A stretch of 64,000 nucleotides of DNA, taken from contig CAVVOB010000015.1 in NCBI GenBank assembly GCA_963749655.1, positions 96,001-160,000 of the forward strand, in the 5' to 3' direction. Made by a program: the position numbers and the translations under genes. The notes beneath the pieces are model-generated. The model did not search any database and had not been told where the DNA came from. It saw nothing but the letters and a program-made list of their open reading frames with translations. How positions within the stretch are numbered: the first letter of the stretch is position 1; each line of letters opens with the position of its first letter. Shown one piece after another: positions 39,937 to 47,759 of this stretch. The stretch is from Nitrospirota bacterium. GTDB lineage: Bacteria > Nitrospirota > UBA9217.

Positions 39937-42522
39937 ATGACTCTCTTCACCCTGCTCCGCCGCATCAGCCTCAAGCACATCAGGTACCAGAAGGCCAGGA
40001 CCGTCATCGCCGTTTTCGGCATCGCGCTGGGCGTGGCGTCGATGGTATCGATCGATATTGTGAACGGGAGCGTTCTGCGGTCTTTCGAGGATTCCATCAA
40101 CCGTGTTGCAGGCAGGGCTTCGCTCCAGGTCACGAGCGCTGATTCGGGCTTTCCCGAGGAGATGATCGACCGCGTCCAGAAGGTTCCCGGCGTCGAATAT
40201 GCCCTGCCGGTCATAGAAACAAACGCTGACTTTTCGGAAGGCACCGGACGCTCCTTCATGATACTGGGCGTTGATTCGCTCCAGGACCACAAGCTGCGGA
40301 GCTACTCGCTGACCGACGAAAGCGCCGACGTCCCCGATCCGCTGATGTTCCTTGCACGATCCGACTCCATTCTATTGACGAAAAAGATGGCCGACCGGGA
40401 AGGCATCAGGATAGACCAGGCGATACGCATCCAGACCGTCCAGGGGATCAAGACCTTTTATGTACGAGGCCTCCTGAATCCCGACGGCCCCGCCGGCGCG
40501 GCAAGCGGAGACATCGCCGTCATGGACATCTATGCGGTGCAGAAGGTATTCGGCAAAGACGGAAAAATCGACCGTATCGACGTGAGCTTCCTGCCGGACA
40601 TGAACCTGGATATCATGAAGGAACGCATCCAGGCCGCTCTTCCCGAGGGCTATTACGTGGACACGCCCATGGGCAGATCCCGGCAGATCGAAAACGCGAC
40701 CCTGCGGTTCAGGAAAAGCATGGGTTTGGTGAGCTTCCTGGCCCTGTTCGTGGGAATGTTTCTCATTTACAACACCGTCGCCATATCCGTGGTGCAGCGC
40801 AGGAGGGAGATCGGAATTCTGCGCGCCCTGGGAGCGACCCGGCGCCGCATCATCGGCCTGTTCCTGGGCGAGACCGCAGTGCTGTCCGCGGTGGCGTCCC
40901 TGATCGGTCTCGGGCTCGGCTTTGTCTTCGCGAAAATGACCGTCGGCGCGGTCGCGCAAAGCCTGACGGACACGACAATCCGGGCGACGGTCACCGACCT
41001 CGTCTTCACGTGGAAAGATTTCGGCCTGGATGCGGCGACCGGCATCGGCGCCAGTCTTGCCGCCGCGCTGCTCCCTGCATCGAACGGTTCGCGCATCACC
41101 CCCATATCGGCAATCCGCAGCACGCCTTATTCCGACGACGGCTTCCTGCTGAGCAGCAGGATCAAGCTGCTCTCCCTGTTTTCCATCCTTGCGGCGCTCG
41201 TGATGTTCATGGTCTATACGCGCACTGATGCATCTTCGAAAAGCTCATCAATGGTATTCTGGACCATGGCCCTGCTCCTTCTCGGCGTATCCCTTGCGAC
41301 GCCGGCGTTTCTAAAGGGTTTCATGCAGCTCTTGCACGGCCGGCTTGCAGCACGTTTCGGCGCAAGCGGAAGGCTGTCGGGCCTGAATCTTCAGAAGAAC
41401 ATCTCCCGCAATGCCGTGGCGGTAGCGGCCGTGTTCTACGGTATAGCGCTGTCCGTGGGGACGTCGGGGCTGGTGCACAGTGTGCGTGTCTCTTTGTACG
41501 ATTATTTCGACTCGATCATCAGCGCCGATATTATAATCAGCTCCGGGAACTCCCTGGCCATGGGCAGTTCCTCGAACATTCCCATGCCCGTGGAGATGGT
41601 CAAGGACGTCGAGGAAGTGCCGGGCGTGCTCTCCGCGGAGCCCTTCCGAAAGGTGTATCTGAACTACGGAAACCGCCGGATCCTCCTGGAGGTGTTCGAT
41701 GTGGCCTTCAGGATGCAGCACTGCCCTTTCATGATCGCCGGGGGCAGCAGGGAGGACATGCTCCGGAAGCTGCCCGGACAGGACAATGTCGTCGTTGACG
41801 AAGGCTTCGCCATCAGGAACCACATAAAGCCGGGAGACACCATCTCTCTTCCCACGCCCCTGGGACCGCGCAAATTCGGCGTGGCGGCGATCGTCGTGGC
41901 CTACGATTCGGACGCAGGCACGATCTGGATGGACATAAATACCTTCCAGCACCTTTGGAAGGACAAGCTGGTCGACATCGTCGAAGCGCGCGTGAAGCCC
42001 GGCGCCGACCTGTCCCGGGTACGCGAGGCGATCTTGAAGCGGTTCGGCAGCGAGCGGAAACTGTTCGTCCTGCCGGCCCGTGAATTCAAGGAGGAGCTCC
42101 GCAAGATGCTGGATCGGATGTTCGTGGTGAGCAACGCCGTCAATATCATCACCCTGATCATCGCCGGATTCGGCATCATCGTCACGCTCCTTGCATCGGT
42201 CCTGGAGCGCACCCGGGAAATCGGCATTCTGCGCTCCATCGGCATGACGAAAAAACAGGTCGCCCTCGTGGTCATCATCGAGTCCATGCTCATCGGCGCG
42301 GCAGGCGGGCTGCTGGGCGCGGCCACGGGCATCGCAATCGGCTGGCTGAATGTCGAGGGCTTCTTCCGCGTGGATTTCGGCGCCAGCGTCAGCTATCATA
42401 TTCACATCCTGTCGATTATCCTGGCCGTGGCGCTCGCTGTCACACTCTCGGCCGTGGCCGGGCTCTATCCCGCCTGGAGGGCGGCAAAAACCAATATCAC
42501 GGAGGCGCTGACATATGAATAG
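39937..42522 (+). CDS. MacB/FtsX-like ABC permease paralog 3
   Basis: 861 aa, same motifs, GGGAGA RBS. Confidence 0.94.
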   Translation: MTLFTLLRRISLKHIRYQKARTVIAVFGIALGVASMVSIDIVNGSVLRSFEDSINRVAGRASLQVTSADSGFPEEMIDRVQKVPGVEYALPVIETNADFSEGTGRSFMILGVDSLQDHKLRSYSLTDESADVPDPLMFLARSDSILLTKKMADREGIRIDQAIRIQTVQGIKTFYVRGLLNPDGPAGAASGDIAVMDIYAVQKVFGKDGKIDRIDVSFLPDMNLDIMKERIQAALPEGYYVDTPMGRSRQIENATLRFRKSMGLVSFLALFVGMFLIYNTVAISVVQRRREIGILRALGATRRRIIGLFLGETAVLSAVASLIGLGLGFVFAKMTVGAVAQSLTDTTIRATVTDLVFTWKDFGLDAATGIGASLAAALLPASNGSRITPISAIRSTPYSDDGFLLSSRIKLLSLFSILAALVMFMVYTRTDASSKSSSMVFWTMALLLLGVSLATPAFLKGFMQLLHGRLAARFGASGRLSGLNLQKNISRNAVAVAAVFYGIALSVGTSGLVHSVRVSLYDYFDSIISADIIISSGNSLAMGSSSNIPMPVEMVKDVEEVPGVLSAEPFRKVYLNYGNRRILLEVFDVAFRMQHCPFMIAGGSREDMLRKLPGQDNVVVDEGFAIRNHIKPGDTISLPTPLGPRKFGVAAIVVAYDSDAGTIWMDINTFQHLWKDKLVDIVEARVKPGADLSRVREAILKRFGSERKLFVLPAREFKEELRKMLDRMFVVSNAVNIITLIIAGFGIIVTLLASVLERTREIGILRSIGMTKKQVALVVIIESMLIGAAGGLLGAATGIAIGWLNVEGFFRVDFGASVSYHIHILSIILAVALAVTLSAVAGLYPAWRAAKTNITEALTYE

Positions 42523-43408
42523 ATTGCGGATTGTGAATTGCGGATTGCGGATTTTAGGATCAAAGACCTACGGAGCGGATAAGGGATTTCATAATCCAAA
42601 ATCCGCAATCCGAAATTCGCAATTCCCCCGGTGGTTGCTGCGCGTGATAGCCGCAATAATCTTCCTCGGCATAACCATGCCGGTCTCGTCAACCTACGCT
42701 CTCTCGGGCCGCGACGTTTTCGAAAAAGTGCACGACGTAAGCTTAAAGGCGCTGGACCACAAGATCGAAATGACCATGGTCCTTTTCGACAAGGGCGGCG
42801 GAAAACGGAGCCGCACGCTCACGTCATTCAGCAAGAAAGCCGACCCCGAAGCGTATAAAGCGCTTGCTGTCTTCAAGAGCCCGCCTGACCTCAAGAACGT
42901 CGGTTTTCTGGTGCACGCCCATACGTTTTCCGATCGCGATCTCTGGGCATACTTTCCTGAATACAAGCGCGTGCGCCGCATCGCGAACACCTCCCAGGAC
43001 GATTCGTTCTTCGGGTCCGATCTTTCCTATGATGATTTCACCGGTCCGCCTAATCTCGACGATTTCAAGTTCAGCATTCTTAAAGAAGAGGACGTTGACG
43101 GGAAGCCGTGCTATGTCGTTGAAGTAACGCCGAAGACCCGCCGGAAGTATACGAAGTATATCTCCTGGGTGGCCAAGGACCTCTGGATCCAGCTCAAGAT
43201 CGACTACTACCAGGACAAGGACATCTACCGCTCGGGCGTGTTCAAAGACGTCAGGATCATAGACCAGGTCCCCACGCCGTTCCAGAGCGAAATGGAGAAT
43301 AAAAAAACCAGGCACAAAACGGAACTCACGATCGAAAGCGTGCAGTACAACACCCATTTTGCTGACGATCTGTTCACGCAGCGGTCGCTGGAACGGTCGG
43401 GGAAGTAA
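42515..43408 (+). CDS. LolA-like outer-membrane lipoprotein-sorting family protein (start uncertain)
   Basis: FKSPPDLKNVGFL, DLWAYFPEYKRVRRI, SFFGSDLSYDD, DDLFTQRSL. Confidence 0.88.
   Translation: MNRLRIVNCGLRILGSKTYGADKGFHNPKSAIRNSQFPRWLLRVIAAIIFLGITMPVSSTYALSGRDVFEKVHDVSLKALDHKIEMTMVLFDKGGGKRSRTLTSFSKKADPEAYKALAVFKSPPDLKNVGFLVHAHTFSDRDLWAYFPEYKRVRRIANTSQDDSFFGSDLSYDDFTGPPNLDDFKFSILKEEDVDGKPCYVVEVTPKTRRKYTKYISWVAKDLWIQLKIDYYQDKDIYRSGVFKDVRIIDQVPTPFQSEMENKKTRHKTELTIESVQYNTHFADDLFTQRSLERSGK
42523..42624. repeat. Inverted TTGCGGA / TCCGCAA heptamer arrays
   Basis: attgcgg attgtga attgcgg attgcgg att ... aatccaa aatccgc aatccga aattcgc aatt. Confidence 0.88.
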
Positions 43409-43413
43409 TACCA

Positions 43414-44928
43414 ATGCGGAATGAAAAAAAATCGCAGAGGGCAGCGAGCATGGCGCAATGTGCAAAGAGTAACAGATTTTTCGCGATGTTCTATGCTCTA
43501 TGCTCCATGCTCTATGCTCCCTGCCCCCTGCTCTATGCGGTCCGCGCGGTTCGGCCGGATAAACGACTGCTGGCCATATCGTTCGTAGTCGTAATGGCTT
43601 TTCTCGTTGTCGGAAATACCTACGCCGAAGAGACTCTCTCCCTCTCCGGCAGGCTGAACATGAGCGCTGTCGACGATCTGGACAAGGACAGCGTGAAGGA
43701 AGACCCCACCGTGGAAGGCAGGATCAAGCTTGATGCGACGGGAGAGAACTGGCGATTTCACTCATGGCTTGAAGGCGGGTTTGACGGGAGCGTGATACGG
43801 CCGCCGGAGGACCGCGGGCTGTTCAAAACCTACGACCGGGTCTACCAGAGCAATACGCCCTATCTGGAATTCAAGGACCTTTCCGTTACCCGTTCATCGG
43901 GAGATATGGAAATCAAGGCCGGGATCCAGCGCTTTGCCTGGGGCAGACTGGACGAATATCCTCCGAACGATCTGCTGAATCCCTGGGATTACACGCGGTT
44001 CCTCACAAAATCGCTGGAAGACAGAAAGATCGGCGTTCCCTCCGTCTCCTTGAATCTGACCAAAGGGGACTGGACCTATGAAACGGTCTGGGTCCCGATC
44101 ATGGTGCCCTACCGGCTGGCCCTGCCCGAGGAACGATGGTCAGGGATCTCGTTCGGCCCCCTGCTTTCAGGCGTTCCGAATGCCGAAGTAATTCCAACAG
44201 AGCCCGATCTCCCGGCGCGCACTCTTGAAAACGGCAACTTCGGTTTTCGGGTAAAGCGCGGTGGAGACATCGAATGGGCGCTCAATCTCTTCGCAGGCTA
44301 CGACCCGAACCCCGTGTTCAAAACCACGGCCCTCGTGATCGACCTCCAACCGGGAAGAACAGCGATCGATCCGGGCTACACGCCGGACTTTCACAAGATC
44401 GTTTCGATCGGACTGGACGCCGCAACGGTCCTGGGCGATTGGAGCCTCCGCGCGGAAGGGGCCTGCATCGCGGGCCGCTTCTTCAATATCAGACAGGAAC
44501 TCTGGGGATACCCGTCCGCTCCCGTTCCCGGCGTGAATCCCCTGAACGACATCGAGGTCAGGAGCAATGCCCTCGACTACGGGATCGGGGCCGACTACCG
44601 GCTGATCGAGGACGTCATGATGACGGTTCAGGCCCAGCAGTCCGTCATTCTGGACAGGCCCGACACGCTTTACGATCGGAAAATAGAGACCATCCTGTGG
44701 GCCAGCATCAAGGCGGGTTGGATGAACCAGAAAGTGGAAACGAACGCGACCGTCGCCTGGAACCCCGAGCACGGGGACCGGATGACAAAGGCCGTCGTCT
44801 CCTATATCTTTACCGACGCATGGAAAGCGTCAATCACGGGAATAGACCTGAACGGACCGGACCAGTCGGTTTTCGGAAGATATTCGATGAACGACCAGGT
44901 GGGAGGAGAAGTGGTGTATTCCTGGTAG
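43414..44928 (+). CDS. Outer-membrane beta-barrel protein, DUF1302-like (start uncertain)
   Basis: GIQRFAWGRLD, PNDLLNPWD, FGRYSMND, C-terminal aromatic VVYSW. Confidence 0.8.
   Translation: MRNEKKSQRAASMAQCAKSNRFFAMFYALCSMLYAPCPLLYAVRAVRPDKRLLAISFVVVMAFLVVGNTYAEETLSLSGRLNMSAVDDLDKDSVKEDPTVEGRIKLDATGENWRFHSWLEGGFDGSVIRPPEDRGLFKTYDRVYQSNTPYLEFKDLSVTRSSGDMEIKAGIQRFAWGRLDEYPPNDLLNPWDYTRFLTKSLEDRKIGVPSVSLNLTKGDWTYETVWVPIMVPYRLALPEERWSGISFGPLLSGVPNAEVIPTEPDLPARTLENGNFGFRVKRGGDIEWALNLFAGYDPNPVFKTTALVIDLQPGRTAIDPGYTPDFHKIVSIGLDAATVLGDWSLRAEGACIAGRFFNIRQELWGYPSAPVPGVNPLNDIEVRSNALDYGIGADYRLIEDVMMTVQAQQSVILDRPDTLYDRKIETILWASIKAGWMNQKVETNATVAWNPEHGDRMTKAVVSYIFTDAWKASITGIDLNGPDQSVFGRYSMNDQVGGEVVYSW
43435..43538. 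repeat. Inverted AGAGCAW / CTATGCT heptamer arrays
   Basis: agagggcagcgagcatggcgcaatg ... ctatgct ctatgct ccatgct ctatgct ccctgcc ccctgct ctatgc. Confidence 0.85.
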
Positions 44929-45170
44929 GTTTTAAAAGCAGTTATGAGTTAACTGATTACAGCACAAATTTTGTTTACTTTTTCTTTTGTCTTTTAACTC
45001 AAAACTATAAACTAAAAACTTGTTTTTTAGGGGAAGTGGTGTACTCCTGGTAAGACTTTAAAGCAGTTGTGAGTTGTGAGTTTTGAGTTAACTGATTACA
45101 GTACGAATTTTGTTGTTTACGTTTTCTTTTGCCGTTTAACTCAAAACTAAAAACTGAAAACTAAAAACTT
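44908..45170 (+). repeat. Imperfect tandem duplication (~125-138 bp) of the gene 3' end plus a GAGTT/AACTC heptamer hairpin
   Basis: GAAGTGGTGTATTCCTGGTAG (44908) and GAAGTGGTGTACTCCTGGTAA (45033), each followed by AAAGCAGTT...GAGTTAACTGATTACAG...TTTAACTCAAAACTA. Confidence 0.9.
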
Positions 45171-45174
45171 TCTT

Positions 45175-46581
45175 TTACAAGGTGACCACCCTGTTCCTTC
45201 CTTCTTCCTTCGCCTTATAGAGGGCCGTATCGGCCCGCGAGAAAACCCGCTCCGATCCCGAATCATTCTCATCAAGCGCGGTAACTCCCGCGCTCAGCGC
45301 GACGTCCACTTCCCTGATGCCGTCTCCGATCTTTTCGTCGCTGATGAGCTTCCGGATCCTTTCGGCCACGATGACCGTTTCTTCACGCGTCGACGCCGGA
45401 CAGATGACCAGAAACTCCTCGCCGCCGACCCTGCCGACGATATCGTGCTTCCGGAGGCCCGCCTTGATGCGCGCGGCAACGACGCGAAGGACCACGTCGC
45501 CGAACAGGTGCCCGTGGGCATCATTGATCTGCTTGAAGTGGTCGATATCGAGCATGATGAGGCTGAGCGCCCCGCCGGTCCGCTTCGAACGCTGAAATTC
45601 CTCTTCCAGCCGCTCCACGATGTAGCGCCGGTTCCGGAGGCCGGTGAGATCGTCGGTGATCGCCATCAGCTTCAGATGGGACTGGGCCTCATTCAGCCGC
45701 TTGACCAGCTTGAGCAGTTCGTCGTCGCTGTACTTGTCCAGGATGTTGCGGAACGTCTCAACCATGGCGAAGATCCGGCCTTCGCTGTCCCGTACAGCCG
45801 AGGCCGAGATCTCGAAATGCCGCTCCCCTCCCTGGCGGTCGAAATGGGTATGGAGCACCTTGACCGTGTTTTCCCCGCGCTCGAAGATGCGCGGCAGAGG
45901 GCAGATGATATGCGGACCTTCGCAGGGGGTGTCCCGTTTATGGGTGACGGAATAGCATTTTCTGCCGATCAGGTCGGCGATATCGGTGCCGAGCGACGCA
46001 GCAGCAGCCGCATTGGCCCTGATAATCCGGTAGTCACGGTCGATGACCACGACGCCGTCGGTCATGCTTTCCATGATGCTTTCCACATTGTTCCGGGCCG
46101 CTTCCAGCTCAACTACCTTGTCCTTCAGTTTCTTTACGAGCTGCTCGTTGTATTTCTTCAGGAAGACAGGTTCTTCGAGCGGCGGCCTGACCGGCTGCGC
46201 CGACTGCCTGTCGCGCCCGGATTCGAGCGCTTCCCTGACCGTAGCGACGATGTCCGAAGGACGACAGGGTTTGATCAGAAAACGCGACACACCCAGGGCA
46301 ACTGCCAGGTCCCGGTCTTCCGCATCGAGATAGTTGGCGGTAAGGAACACGACAGGAAGCGTCCTCAGGTCGTCGTCCTGCCTGACGGCGCGAAGGAACT
46401 GGAAGCCGTCCATATGGGGCATTAAAACATCGGTGACGACAAGGTCGGGCCTCCCGTCCCTGGCGAGTGCAAGCCCTTCCGAACCGTCCCGGGCGAGCAA
46501 GACTTCGTATCCTTCGGCTATGAGCGTTTCCCGCAGGACGTTCCGAACGACGTCATTGTCGTCGATGATGAGAATTTTCAT
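45175..46581 (-). CDS. REC-PAS-GGDEF diguanylate cyclase
   Basis: KILIIDDN, TDVLMP, PAS, DIDHFKQIND, RKHD I-site, GGEEF. Confidence 0.95.
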   Translation of the reverse strand: MKILIIDDNDVVRNVLRETLIAEGYEVLLARDGSEGLALARDGRPDLVVTDVLMPHMDGFQFLRAVRQDDDLRTLPVVFLTANYLDAEDRDLAVALGVSRFLIKPCRPSDIVATVREALESGRDRQSAQPVRPPLEEPVFLKKYNEQLVKKLKDKVVELEAARNNVESIMESMTDGVVVIDRDYRIIRANAAAAASLGTDIADLIGRKCYSVTHKRDTPCEGPHIICPLPRIFERGENTVKVLHTHFDRQGGERHFEISASAVRDSEGRIFAMVETFRNILDKYSDDELLKLVKRLNEAQSHLKLMAITDDLTGLRNRRYIVERLEEEFQRSKRTGGALSLIMLDIDHFKQINDAHGHLFGDVVLRVVAARIKAGLRKHDIVGRVGGEEFLVICPASTREETVIVAERIRKLISDEKIGDGIREVDVALSAGVTALDENDSGSERVFSRADTALYKAKEEGRNRVVTL

Positions 46582-47735
46582 TGCGGCTCCCGGTGGCGGA
46601 TCAGGCGGAAGAAATGGTCCACAAGCTGCGGATTGAATGCCGATCCGCTGCCTTTCCGCAGGACCTCGATGATACGCTCATAGGGTATCGCACCCTGGTA
46701 GGCGCGGCGGCTTCTCATGGCGTCGAACACGTCTGCAATGGAGATCATCTGGCTCGTAATGTTCGGAGTCCATCCCCCTTTGATTGACGGATATCCGCTC
46801 CCGTCGAATTTGCGGTGGTGCTCCAGCGCGGCAATGATCGACAGCTTGGGGATCCCTTCGATGCCCATGAGATACCGCGCGCCCTTCACCGTGTGGGTCT
46901 CGATGGCCTTACGCTCCTCGGGGGTGAGCACCCCCGGCTTGTTCAGGATCTCATCGGGAATGAATATCTTGCCCACGTCGTGCAGCAGCGATGCGACGCC
47001 GATGCTGTGCAGATGGGTGCCGCTGAAACCCAGGCTTTCCGCCTGGGCCATGGTCAGGATGCACACATTGGTCACATGAGTAAAGGTATACTCGTGGACC
47101 GACTTCAGCGTTGCCAGAAGGCTCAGGGGGTTGATCTCCTGCCGGAATCCCCTGATGAATCCTTTGACCATCTCGTCCACGCCGCGCACGTCTATCCTCC
47201 GGTGCCTCTTGGCGGACTGGTAGACCCGCTTCAGCTCTTCAAGCTCCGCCTCGGTGAGCTCGGATAATTCCTGCATGGCCCGGTCCGCAGCTGCGGACTG
47301 GGCTTCCGCCCCTCCGCCGGCGGTCCCGTCTGCAACTCTGAGCTCGACCTTGCCAAGTTTTATGCCGCTCGTCGACCGCAGCGAAACGGCTTCCGGCGTA
47401 GCAAGGTCTCTGACCAGGTCCTGCAGCTCCGGCTTCTGCATGCCTGCGACGAAGGAAAGCCGTTCCACCGATTTTTTGCGCAGGATCCGCGTGAAGTTCG
47501 ACACATAGGCGCTTCCCGGCGGAAGCGGGCGATTGTCAGCGACCAGATCATCTCCGATGAGCAGGAGCGTGATGTCCGGCTTCACTTTCAAAAGCCCGTC
47601 GATGAGCGCAAAGGCCTTGTCGATATACTGCTGGACCTGCGGATGGCCGGACGAATAGAGCATGGTGTTCGTCACCGCAGCCGTGATCTGGGCGATCACG
47701 CGAACCAGATGGTCATGGATTTCAGGCTGGTTCAT
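46578..47735 (-). CDS. HD-GYP phosphodiesterase
   Basis: YTFTH, LHDVGK, HHRKFDGSGYP, ADVFDAM. Confidence 0.94.
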   Translation of the reverse strand: MNQPEIHDHLVRVIAQITAAVTNTMLYSSGHPQVQQYIDKAFALIDGLLKVKPDITLLLIGDDLVADNRPLPPGSAYVSNFTRILRKKSVERLSFVAGMQKPELQDLVRDLATPEAVSLRSTSGIKLGKVELRVADGTAGGGAEAQSAAADRAMQELSELTEAELEELKRVYQSAKRHRRIDVRGVDEMVKGFIRGFRQEINPLSLLATLKSVHEYTFTHVTNVCILTMAQAESLGFSGTHLHSIGVASLLHDVGKIFIPDEILNKPGVLTPEERKAIETHTVKGARYLMGIEGIPKLSIIAALEHHRKFDGSGYPSIKGGWTPNITSQMISIADVFDAMRSRRAYQGAIPYERIIEVLRKGSGSAFNPQLVDHFFRLIRHREPQ

Positions 47736-47759
47736 AGGTCAGCACCGCTGCAAATAATC

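Noticed and set aside
34003-42522. Diversity-generating retroelement or shufflon acting on permease paralogs
   Set aside because: No reverse transcriptase or recombinase; paralogs differ throughout rather than at adenine-specific positions.
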